Source: the human T2T-CHM13v2.0 reference genome, Homo sapiens
NCBI RefSeq assembly: GCF_009914755.1
Contig: NC_060942.1
Direction: 5' to 3' (one strand)
Length of the DNA: 64,000 nucleotides
In this document: positions 18,883 to 38,274 of the stretch, piece by piece
How the letters are laid out: each line of letters opens with the position of its first letter
Position numbering within the stretch: position 1 is the first letter of the stretch
The notes under the pieces: model-generated
Database searches by the model: none
Told to the model about the DNA's origin: nothing
Seen by the model: the letters and a program-made list of their open reading frames with translations, nothing else
Program-made: the position numbers and the translations under genes

Positions 18883-19162
18883 TTTTTTTTTTTTTTTTTT
18901 TTTTTTTAGACAGAGTCTTACTCTGTTGCCCAGGCTTAGGTGCAGGGGCACCATCTCGGCTCACTGCAACCTCCGGCTCCCAGGTTCAAGTGATTCTCCT
19001 CCTCAGCCTCCCAAGTAGCTGGGATTACAGGTGTGTACCACCTCACCTGGCTAATTTTTTTTTTTTCTATTTTTTATTAGTAGAGACCGGGTTTCACCAT
19101 GTTGGCTAGGCTGGTCTCGAACTCCTCACCTTAGGTAATCCACCCACCTCAGCCTCCTAAAG
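18883..19162 (-). mobile_element. AluS, 5'-truncated
   Basis: Poly-T plus Alu consensus. Confidence 0.9.
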
Positions 19163-19279
19163 ATGTATGTTTATGCACTGAACCTATGCACCTAGAGTCC
19201 CACCCTGTACAGTTCTTAAAAACCCCTGATAAAATTGTGTATTTATTCTAGTGATATTTTAGTGAATCTTTTTTTTTTT

Positions 19280-19985
19280 TTTTGCAGAAAATTACTTCAT
19301 TTGCAATAATGACGGTTCTACTTTTATTTTACAATCTGGACAATTTTTTTCTGTTGTAGAATTTTCCTGGCTAATACTACAATGCTGAATAGAGTGGTTA
19401 AAGTGGAAATTCTTGTCTCTCAAACTTTCAGGTAAAGAAGCACAAGTCTGTCGCCATTAAGTATGATGGATGTTAGCTGTAGGTTTTTTATAGATACCTC
19501 TTAGTGGGTCTCAAAATCTTTTCTATTAGTAGTTTGCTGGGGGTTTTGTCAGGAATGATGCTTGATATTTGTAACTTTATCTGTATCTATTTAAAGGATC
19601 ACTTTTTGTTCTTTACTAATATTGGGTATTATCTTGATTGAATTTTAGATACTAAGTCACAATGACATTTACAAAACAATCACATTTGTTCTTGGTGTAT
19701 ATTCATATTTTATGTGCCTGGATTTAGCGTGCTAAAGTTTTCTGAGGCTGTATGTGTCTACATGAATATGGCATATTTGCCCACACACCTTCTGTTTATA
19801 CTTGTGTCTGGCCTTAGTATTACAGTATTACTGGCCTCTAGAATGAATTGGAAAATATTCCCTCTTCTTCATTTTTTGGAAGTATTTTCTGCTGAAGAAT
19901 TAGTATTAATTATTTATTGAATATTGGTAGAATGTTTTATATAGGTTAGTTTGCCCTGGACTTTTCTTTGTGAAAATATTTTAAA
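19280..19985 (-). mobile_element. Ancient L1M ORF2 fragment
   Basis: ccattaagtatgat..tgttagctgtaggttttttatagata and ctggcctctagaatgaattggaaa L1M motifs. Confidence 0.65.
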
Positions 19986-20879
19986 TGAATACTTTTGCTT
20001 TACTCGAATAACAATCCATAATATATAAATATTTATTTTATATTATACTTTTCAGTTTACTTTTATAATTTGTACATCCAAGGTGTTAATTTCTAATTTA
20101 TAACATTCCATGTGTAGTAGATTTTCTAGGCTGTTAACATGAAAAAATTAGAAATAATAGAGAGTGAGTGAGACTTCAGCCCAATCAATGAATGACCCAA
20201 AGTCTGTCTATTGTAGGATGAATCATTTAAATATGATGTTATCCTTAATGTTTACATTTTTGTGTGAGGAAAATAAGGTACTGAATCTAAAGGAAATTAG
20301 TAAAACTACCATTTAACTTTGGATTTTCTCAAGAGGGCAGAACAAGTAGACCTTCTAATTTTTGTTGCTACTTAACATAAGACAGAAACATAGTTTTTAA
20401 TTAGAACAAACAATATGCCATTTGAAGAATGGTATGAAGATGATAACTTGATCAATAATTTTACTAGTACTTGCTTAGTGCATACAATATGTTAGGCAAG
20501 ATTCTAAGCCATTACACACACACACACACACATATATAGACCTTATGTATAATTGTTTAAGGAACCCACAGATTCATGAGCAGTGAAAAATTGACATATT
20601 CTCAATCTTAGTAACTTTAAAACTATCATAAAAATTTACTGTTTTGATTTACAATAACTAAATGTACATAAAACTATTAACTTCATTAGAAAGTTTGACT
20701 CGGCATGGAGATAAATGTGTTGCACAGTTGAAAAGTAACCATAGACACATTATTATCAAATACCAAACAAAAGCATTTAAAAAAAGATTAGGAGGGAAAG
20801 ATGCCATAGAATTTGTCACAGCAAAAATACAACAGAGCACACTTTTAGGCACTGTGATATGTTAATAAAAATGATCAAT

Positions 20880-23715
<2,836 letters not shown>

Positions 23716-23975
23716 AATATTGTGTAACCATATAGTATCTAATTACATGTAAATTTCATTTAAAACCCTTTAAAATAAATTCTAAATTAAATGTAAAATC
23801 CAAATTGACATATTTCCAGTCAGGGAGGTTCTAATGAACAAGCATAGTATAAAAGCTGAAATTGGATATTTAGCTAAAGTACCTTTCATAAATAAGAGTA
23901 AATTAAAATATATTCAAAAGTAAAAACATTGAGAAATTTGATTACCAAGAGAAGATTGTTAAGAGTATACTTCAA

Positions 23976-24256
23976 GGCAGGGTGCGGTGGCTCACGTCTG
24001 TAATCCCAGCACTTTGGGAGGCTGAGGTGGGTGGATCAAGAGGTCAGGAGTTCAAGACCAGCCTGACCAACATGGTGAAATCCCGTCTCTACTAAAAATA
24101 CAAAACTTAGCTGGGCATGGGGGTGCGTGCCTGTAATCCCAGCTGCTCAGGAAGCTGAGGATGAGAATTGCTTGAACCCAAGAGGTGGAGGTTGCAGTAG
24201 CTGAGATTTCACCACTGCCCTCCAGCCTCAGCTACAGAGCGAAAAAAAAAAAAAAG
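23976..24256 (+). mobile_element. AluSg-like
   Basis: Full dimer; aagagtatac on both flanks. Confidence 0.9.
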
Positions 24257-24523
24257 AGTATACCTTGAGAGAAACATTTTCTACTACCAAGATAAAATGA
24301 AAATAAAAATGTAAGAAACTTGATACAGAAATGTCAACCCATGGTAGACACTGGAATTAAAGAAATTACATGGTCCTTAGAAGCATCAGTTTTGAAAGCA
24401 TATAAATATAATAAAAGTATGATTCCATGCATTTTATTAAGATAAAAAGAACTCCAGGGCTACTTGAACAATTGAACTATAGGAGAAGACTATTTTTTAG
24501 AAATGTTTTCCATCGCCAACTTG

Positions 24524-25780
<1,257 letters not shown>

Positions 25781-26519
25781 CTTAATAACAAAGAAATGTA
25801 TTTCATGTATCTGGGAAAAAACAGATCTCGCATTATCAATGTTTGTTCTTTAGTGCTCCAAATAATTACCACGATCATTTTAATTTTACCTTCTCCTTGG
25901 TTATCTCTGATTATCTCAGGTACATTCTGGATAATCTAGCCTCTTCACTCATTTCCACATCAAATAATATAAAACATCAACACAGCCACAGAGTGTACAA
26001 TTTCTAAACTTTTATTGTACCATCTGGGTTCCAAACTTTTTAATGTGAAAGCTCAGTTTTCTACGTAGCTTCTGCCTAATGAATTGTATGTTCTCAGAAC
26101 TTGTCAACAAAATATACCTCCCAATAATCCAGCCTTCAAAATGTGCACAACACAATATCACATTTCCTAATGTGTTTCTATGGGTTCCCTACAGGTGATT
26201 TGTAGTGTTCTTCAAATATGTTCCTTAGTGGATTTTATTTTTCTGAATTGAACTAAAGCAAAAGTATTTTGGAAGTCAGAAAAATGTTACTTCTTTCAGA
26301 GTTACATAGGAGAAGTGCTCTGTCCTCCAGAGGACACGTCTGTGACACAGAGCATGAGATACAGAGAGGAAAACCTAGGCTGCTTATTACTTCCGCTCCC
26401 ATCAGTTTGTCCTGATGCATTTATTGAGAACAGAAGGATATCTCCATTCCAGGCCCTGAGTTTTGTGTCTTGTAGTGAGTCTGTGCCTCTGTCTTGTCAT
26501 CTTAAAAAATGCTTCACAT

Positions 26520-29127
<2,608 letters not shown>

Positions 29128-29129
29128 TA

Positions 29130-29810
29130 ATTTTGTTTTTAATTGGCACAATAATTTTACATATAGATGGGGTACAATGTGAGCTTTAGATATGTGTTTA
29201 TATATGTAATAATCAAATTAGGGGATTTAGCATATCCAACATCTGATTTATTATTTCTTTGTGGTGAGAACATTCAAAACTCTCTTTTCTAGCCATTTGA
29301 AATATTCAATACAAAATTGTTCACCATAGTCACCCTACTGTGCACTAGAATATATTCCTCCTGTTAACTGTAACTTATTGCCCATTGACCATTTTCTCCT
29401 CATTTTGCACTCTGTTGCACACCCTAGCTTCTAGTAACAACCATTCTACTTTCTACTCCTATGAGATCAACTTTATTAGATTCTATATATTAGTGAGAAT
29501 GTGCAGTATTTGTTTTTATGCCTGGCTTATTTTACTTAACACGGTGTCCTCCAGGTTCATCCATGTTGCTGCAAAGAACGGAATTTTATCTTTTTATGGC
29601 TGAATACTATTTCATTGTGTGTGTGCGTGTGTATATATATAATGAAATATGATTGTGTATTTACATTATTGTGTAATATATATCTATATTACATTGTGTA
29701 ATATATTACATTGTGTACACACACTCACACACACCACATTTGTAAAATCCATTTATTTATTAAAGGACATCAGATGATTCCATGTCTTTGCTATTGTAAA
29801 TAGTACTGTG
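29130..29810 (-). mobile_element. L1MA-type 3'UTR
   Basis: ggggtacaatgtg...tttctttgtggtgagaacattcaaaa..tctagccatttgaaata..catagtcaccctactgtg (L1MA4/5-like). Confidence 0.72.
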
Positions 29811-30686
29811 TACTAGTACAATAGTACTAGTACTTAGTATGATTGTAAATAGTATTGTAATAGTACTGTGATGAACATAAGCATGCATGTGTCTTTACAG
29901 TTGAATGATTTCTGTTTTGGGGGTATATACCAAATAATGGAATTGGTGGGTCAAATGGTAGTTTGGTTTTAAATTCTTCGAGAAGTCTCCAGAGTACTTT
30001 CTAAGTGGCTGGAAAAATTTACATTCCATCTAGCAGTGTATAAGCTTTCTCTTCACTACCCACCAGCATCTATTATTCTTTGCCTCTTTAATATGGCTAC
30101 TGTGACTGATGTGAGATGGTATCCGGTGGTTTTGATTTGCATTTTTCTAATGATAGTGACATTGAGCATTTTAATATGCTTGTTGGATGCGTGTCTGTCT
30201 TCTTTTGAGAAGTGTATGTTCATGTTCTTTTTTCATTTTTAATAAGGTTTGTTTTTTGCTTGGTGAATTACAATTTTTTAAATAGATTCTACATATTAAA
30301 GCTTTGATGAAAAACATAGTTTGCAAGTTTTTTTTTTCTCATTCTGTTGGTTGTGTGTTTACTCTGTTGATAGTTTCTCTTGCTGTGCTGAAGCTCTTTA
30401 GCTTAATCCAGTATCATTTGTCAACTTCTTGTGTGTCAGTTGCTTTTAGAGTCTTGAAGTCTTTGCCAGGGCCAATGTACAGCATGGTATTTCCTAGGTT
30501 TTCTTCTAGGGTTCTTACACTTTTAGGTTTTATATTAAGTCTTTAATCCATCTTGAGTTAATTTTTATATATGGTATAAATGAAGTAGTCCAGCTTCAAT
30601 CTTCTGCATATGACTAGCCAGTTATCCCAGCACTATTTATTGAATAGGGAGTCTTTTCCTTCCTTTCCTTTTTTTTTTTTTTTTGA

Positions 30687-30848
<162 letters not shown>

Positions 30849-31040
30849 TAGATGGGGTTTTACCATATTGGCCAGGCTGGTCTCAAACTCCTGACCTCAG
30901 GTGATCCACCCGTCTTGGCCTCTGAAAGTGGTGGGATTACAGGCATGAGCCACTGTGCCTGAGGGGGAGTCCTTTCCTTATTGTATGTTATTCTTGGCTT
31001 TGTGAAAAAATCAGGTGGTTTTAGATGTGTGGCTTTATTT

Positions 31041-32153
31041 TTATTTATTTATTTATTTACTTATTTATTTATTATTATACTTTAAGTTTTAGGGTACATG
31101 TGCACAATGTGCAGGTTAGTTACATATGTATACATGTGCCATGCTGGTGCGCTGCACCCACCAACTCGTCATCTAGCATTAGGTATATCTCCCAATGCTA
31201 TCCCTCCCCCCTCCCCACACCCCACAACAGACCCCAGAGTGTGATGTTCCCCTTCCTGTGTCCATGTGTTCCCATTGTTCAATTCCCACCTATGAGTGAG
31301 AATATGTGGTGTTTGGTTTTTTGTTCTTGCGATAGTTTACTGAGAATGATGATTTCCAATTTCATCCCTGTCCCTACAAAGGACATGAACTCATCATTTT
31401 TTATGGCTACATAGTATTCCATGGTGTATATGTGCCACATTTTCTCAATCCAGTCTATCACTGTTGGACATTTGGGTTGGTTTCGTCTTTGCTATTGTGA
31501 ATAAGGCCGCAATAAACATACGTGTGCATGTGTCTTTATAGCAGCATGATTTATAGTCCTTTGGGTATATACCCAGTAATGGGATGACTGGGTCAAATGG
31601 TATTTCTAGTTCTAGATCCCTGAGGAATTGCCACACCGACTTCCACAATGGATGAACTAGTTTACAGTCCCACCAACAGTGTAAAAGTGTTCCTATTTCT
31701 CCATATCCTCTCCAGCACCTGTTGTTTCCTGACTTTTTAATGATCACCATTCTAACTGGTGTGAGATGGTATCTCATTGTGGTTTTGATTTGCATTTCTC
31801 TGATGGCCAGTGATGGTGAGCATTTTTTCATGTGTTTTTTGGCTGCATAAATGTCTTCTTTTGAGAAGTGTCTGTTCATGTCCTTTGCCCACTTTCTGAT
31901 GGGGTTGTTTTTTTCTTGTAAATTTGTTTGAGTTCATTGTAGATTCTGGATATTAGCCCTTTGTCAGATGAGTAGGTTGTGAACATCTTCTCCCATTTTG
32001 TAGGTTGCCTGTTGACTCTGATGGTAGTTTCCTTTGCCGTGCAGAAGCTCTTTAGTTTAATTAGATCCCATTTGTCAATTTTGGCTTTGGTTGCCATTGC
32101 TTTTGGTGTTTTAAACATGAAGTCCTTCCCCATGCCTGTGTCCTGAATGGTAA
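31041..32153 (-). mobile_element. Young 5'-truncated L1PA (about 1.1 kb) nested in the old L1
   Basis: (TTTA)n tail and consensus L1PA 3'UTR/ORF2; the host L1 rejoins at duplicated ttattt (31035-31040 / 32154-32159). Confidence 0.95.
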
Positions 32154-33100
32154 TTATTTCTGGGTTCTCTAGCCTGTTCCTTTGGTCTCTGTGTCTATTT
32201 TTGTACCTGTATCCATGCTCTTTTAGGTATTGTAGTCTTGTAGTGTAGTTTGAAGTTGGGTAGTATGATGAGTCTAGCTTTGTTCCTTTGCATAGAATAG
32301 CTTTGAGTATTCAGGCTCTTTTTTTGTTTCAAATAAGTTTTTTCATTTTTAAAAAATTCTGCAAAAAAATGTTGTTGGTAGTTTAATAGGAATAACATTG
32401 AATTCAAAAGTAAATTTCTTTCAGTAGCAGGGCCATTTTAGCAATATTGATTCTTCCTATCCATGAGCGAGGAATGTTTTTCTGTTTGTTTTTGTCATCT
32501 CTAATTTTTTTTAACAATGGTTCGTAATTCTCATTGTAGAGAACATTTGCCTTCCTGGTTAGCTGTGTTTCCAGGTATTTTATTCTTTTGGTGGCTATTG
32601 TGAATATAATTGTATTTTCAATTGGATGTTATTGGTGTATAGAAATGTTACTGATTTCCATACATTTATTTTGTATGCTGAAACTACTGAAGTTTTTTTT
32701 TCCAGATCTAGGAGCCTTTGGGCAGAGACTGTGGGCTTTTCTAAGTATAGAATTATATCATTTGTGAAATGAAATCATTTGACTTCCACTCCTCCTATTT
32801 GGATGCCTTTTATTTATTTCCACTGCCTGATTGCTTTGGCTGGGACTTCCAATATTTTATTTAATAGGAATAGTGAGCATGAGTATCCTTGTTTTGTTCT
32901 GGTTCTCAAAAGGAATGTTTCAAGCTTTTGCCCTTTCAGTATGATCTTGACTGTGGGTTTGTTATAGATGGCTGTTATTATCTTGAGGTATGTACCTTTG
33001 ATGCCTAGTTTTTGAGGGTGTTTAACCATGCATCCCAGGAATAAATCCTACCTGATCATGTTGGATTAGCTTTTCTGATGTGATGCTGGATTCAGTTTGG

Positions 33101-33486
33101 TAAATATATTTATATTTATATGTAAATATTTATATTTATATGTATTTATATTTATATGTAAATATTTATGTTTATATGTAAATATTTTATATGTAAATAT
33201 TTATATTTATATTTATATGTAAATATTTATATTTATATTTATATGTAAATATTTATATTTATATTTACATAAATACATAAATATATTTATATAAATATGT
33301 TTATGTAAGTATATATTATTTATATAAATAAAAACAATATATAAATTATATATAATATATAAATTATATATAATATATGTTATATATAATATATAAATTA
33401 TATATAATATATAAATTATATATAATATATGTTATATATAATATATAAATTATATATATATAATATATAAATATATATATATATAT
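33101..33486. repeat. AT-rich low-complexity minisatellite
   Basis: tatatttatatgtaaa-type and tatataatatataaat-type units. Confidence 0.95.
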
Positions 33487-33497
33487 TTTTTTTTTGA

Positions 33498-33852
<355 letters not shown>

Positions 33853-34567
33853 TAGAATGAGTTAGGAAGAAGTCTTTCCTCCTCCTTTTTTTGGAATAGT
33901 TTCAGTAAAACTGGTACCAGCTCTTCTTTATATGTGTGGTAGAATTTGGCTGTGAATCCATCTGGTCCAGAGTTTTTCTGGTAGGCTTTTTATTATTGAT
34001 TCAGTTTCAGAAGTCAGTATTGGTCTGTTCAGGATTTTAATTTCTTCCTGATTCAGTCTTGGGAGTTTATATGTTTCCAGGTATTTATCCACTTCTTCTG
34101 TGTTTTCTAGTTTGTGTGCATGAAGGTGTTCATAACAGTCTCTAATGGTTTCATGTATTTCTGTGGCATCAGTGATAATATTTCCTTTGTCACTTTTTAT
34201 CATGTTTAGGTAGATCATCCTTTTTTCTTTAGCTAGCAGTCTAACAATCTTATTTATTCTTTCAGAAATAAGTTTCACTGGATTTTTGTACAGTGTTTTT
34301 TTTTTGATCTCTGTTTCATTCAGTTCAGCTTTGATATTTCTTGTCTTCTAGCTTTGGGGTTGATTTGCTGTTACATTTCTGTTTCCTCCAGATATCACCT
34401 GGCACAGTGGCTCATGCCTGTAATCCCAGCACTTTGAGAGGCCGAGGTGGGTGGATCACCTGAGGTCAGGAGTTTGAGACCAGCCTGACCAATATGGTGA
34501 AACCCCGTCTCTACTAAAAAGAAAATAATTAGCTGGGCATGGTGGCACACACCTGTAGTCTCAGCTA

Positions 34568-34711
<144 letters not shown>

Positions 34712-36720
34712 TCAATTTGATGTCTTTCTAACTTTTTAATGTGGGTATTTAGTGCTACAAACTTTCCCTTTAACACTTTTTTTAAACAGTTTCTCAGTGA
34801 TATAGGTATGTTGCATCTTTGTTTCTGTTAGTTTCACATAATTTATTGATTCCAGCCTTAATTTTATTCGTTACCCAAAAGTCACCAGCAGCTGCTTATT
34901 TAATTTTTTATTAAATTGTATGGTTTTGAGAGATCTACTTGGTATTGATACCTATTTTTATTGCACTGTGGTCCGATAGATAGTGTGGTTGGTATGATTT
35001 TGATTCTTTAGAATATGTTGTGAGTTGCCTTATGGCCAAGTGTGTGGTGGTCAGTTGTAGAGTATGTGTCATGTGCAGGTGAGAAGAATGTACATTCTGG
35101 TTTTGCTGGCTTGAGTGTTCTGTAGATGACTGTTAGGTCCATTTGGTTAAGTGTCAAGTTTAGGTCCTAAATATATTCTGCCTTGGTGATCTGTCCAGTG
35201 CTTTCAGTGGGGTTTTAAAGTCTCCCAGTATTATTGTGTGGTTATCTAAGTCTCTTCATAAGTCTCTAGGAACTTGATTTATGAATCTGGGTGCTCCAAT
35301 GTTGGGTGCATATAATTAACATTTAGGATAGTTAAGTCTTCTTACTGAATTGAACCCATTATCATGAAATGCCCTTCTTTGTCTTTTTTGATCATTGTTA
35401 ATTTAAAGTCTGTTTTGTCTGAAAAAAGAATAGTAACTTCTGCTCTTTTTTGTTTTCTGTTTGCTTGGTAGGTCTTTCTCCATCTGTTTTCTTTGAGCCT
35501 GTGGATGTCCTTGCATGTGAGATCGGTCTCTTGAAGACAGCATACAGTTGGGTCTTGCTTCTTTATTTAACTTGTCACTCTGCGCCTTTTCAGTGGGGTA
35601 TTCAGCACATTCTTTTTCGAGGTTAATACTGATATGTGCAGATTTGACCCTGACATTGTGTTGTTAGCTGTTTGTTATGTAAACTTGATTGTGTATTTAC
35701 ATTATAGTATAAATAGCCCATATACTTCAGTGTGTTTTTTGTGGTGGCCAGTAATAGTCTTTCTTTTCCATGTTTAACATACTCTTAAGAATCTCTTTTA
35801 AGGCAAGTTTGGTGGTAATGAATTCCCTTAGCATTTGCTTGTCTGAAAGGATATCTTTTATCTTTTGTTTATGAAGTTTTAGTTTGGTGTGATTAGATTC
35901 TTGGTTGGAGTTTGTTTTCTTTGAGAATGCTGAATATAGGCCCCCCAATTGCTTTTGTCTTGTACAGTTTCTGCTGGAAGGTCTGCAGATAGCCTAATGG
36001 AGTTCCCTTTATAAGTGACCTGCACCTTGTCTCCAGCTGCCTTTAATATTTTTTCTTTCACACAGACCTTGGAGAATCTGATGACTACATGTCTTGGGGA
36101 TGGTTATCTTGTGTACTATCTCCCAGGGGTCCCCTGAATTTTCTGAATTTGAATTTCAACCTCTCTAGGAAAGTTAAGAAAATTCTTATGGACAGTATCC
36201 TAAAAAATGTTTTCCAAGTTACTCGTTCTGTCTTCCTTTCTCTTAGAGATGCCAATGAGTTGTAGATTTGGCATCTTCACATAATCCCATATTTCTCAAA
36301 GGTTTTGTTCATGAAAAACAATCTTTTTCAGTTATTTTTGTCTGACTGAATTAATTCAAAGAACTGGTCTTTGAGCTCTGAGATTCTTCCCTCAGCTTGG
36401 TCTCGTCTGGTGTTAATATTTCTGATTGTATTACAAAATTCTTTTTGTGAGTTTTTCAGCTTTATCAGATCAGTTTTGTTCCTTCTTAAGAAGGTTATTT
36501 CATCTCTCATCTCTTGAATAGTTTTGCTGAATTTTTTAGATTCCTTGAAATGGGTTTCAACTTTCTCCTGAATCTTGAAGATCTTCATTGGCATCCAGGT
36601 TCTGAATTCTCTGTCTGTCATTTCAGCGATTTTATGCTGGTCCTCCACTTGAGTACTAGCCATAGGTCTTGGCTTGGCACTCCCATCCCATAGCCCTGTG
36701 CACCATAGCTCTGGGGTGAA

Positions 36721-37800
36721 CTCAGGCTTTTCTTTTTCTCCCCAGCTTGGGAGCAGCAGTGTTGGGGACCTTGGCAATGGCAATGGCAGAAAGCCTTTCT
36801 GTTGTCTCTTGGGGTACCACATCAGAGACGTGCAGAGCTCTGCCAATCAGAATGATCAGTCAGAAATGGAGCAGCTGCATTGTGAGCCCAAGCTGGGACC
36901 CCTGTCTAGTGAAGAGCAGGGGATTTGGGGCCAACAGGGAAGAGAGACTGGGCTTCCCTCCATATGGTGCCTGTGGCCTGCTGGAGGTGTGAGCAAAGCA
37001 CTCAGGCACTTTGTTTCTTCCCCAGCCTGAGGGCAGCAAGGGCAGTATCACTGCAGCAGTAACGGCAAAAGGGCTCTCAGTTGCCTCTGGGAACTCCACC
37101 CCAGAGAGACGCAGAGCCACTGCCAATGAGAATGTTCAGCCAAGGGTGAGGTGGCTGAACTGTGGGCTTAAACCTGGGCCTCCTTCTGGTGAAGAGCAGG
37201 TTGCCAGAAGCTCACAGAGAAGAGAAACTGGGCTTCTCTCCAACTGGTGGCTGTGGCACACTGGAGGTGCTGGCAAAGCAATCAGGGTCTTTATTCTTTC
37301 CCCAGGCCAAGGGCAGCAGTGGTGGTACTGCTACAGTGGCAATGGCAGAGAGCCCGTGGGTTACCCCTGAAAGCTCCATCTCAGAGAGATGCAGAGATGC
37401 CACTGAATGAAGCAGTCCTTCAGGGTGGGGGTGCAGGATGGCTGTGCTGGGGGCCCAGATCAGGAGACCCTACCCAGTGAGGCATAGCAGGGAGGGGGAC
37501 CCACGTGGATACAGTTTGCCCACTTTCTGTAAGGCAGCTGTGGTGTGCTAAGAAGCCTATGATAGTTCTTGGGCTCTTCAGTCCCTCCCTAGCCTAGGAG
37601 AGGTAGAGGCAGGGACCATGGCAGTTGCAAAAACAGTAGGCCTGATAGTTACCTCTAGGAGGTCAGTCTGCAGAGTTGCAATTAGCCTGAGTGCTCAGGC
37701 AGAGGGTAAGTGGCTGCACTGGGACCCAGGCCAGTGGGCACTACCAGGAGAGGTGTAGTGGAGGTGAGGCCGCTACAGGAGGTAGAGCAGAGACAGGAGG
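36721..37800 (-). repeat. Diverged about 280-bp tandem monomers in the L1 5'UTR
   Basis: Unit starts near 36721, 37001, 37281 and 37567; shared motifs cccag, ggcagca, gcagag, gtgaagagcagg, ctggaggtg..gcaaagca. Confidence 0.85.
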
Positions 37801-38274
37801 TGAGTCTGTCTCCTCCTCAGCACTGTAGATATGGCCCCTATCCTGGGGGCATGTGAGAGAGTCTGGCCTCTTCTGGTGGCAGAACTATAGCAGCTGGCAC
37901 TATGGTGCTCAGGGGTCCAAGGCCCTTAGGGTTCCATGTGGGCCTGACTGGAGGCTCTGCCCAGACTCCATGCAGCTCTCTGTGTCAGTTGAGGAGCCCT
38001 GAGGGGAGGGTGTCGGGGGATTTTCTGTGCCCAGGATTTCAAAAGTCGATGGCAGAAGGGTGAGTCACCAGTGGCTCTTGCTCACTATTTTCCTGCCGTG
38101 GGGAACCCCCGCTGGGATCCACACCAATTCTGGGTGGGTGGCTTTTCTGTCTCACTCCTCTTTGTTCTCCGTGGTTCACATTTCTTCCTTGATGAATTCC
38201 CCATTTTAAAACAACTTTACATACATTTGTGGAGTGTAAGTGCAATTTTGTTACATGCATAGATTGCATAGTGC

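Noticed and set aside
36721-37800. Monomer array as a CRISPR-like or novel repeat-spacer system
   Set aside because: Eukaryotic context, units diverge along their whole length, there are no spacers or cas genes, and it is contiguous with L1 ORF1
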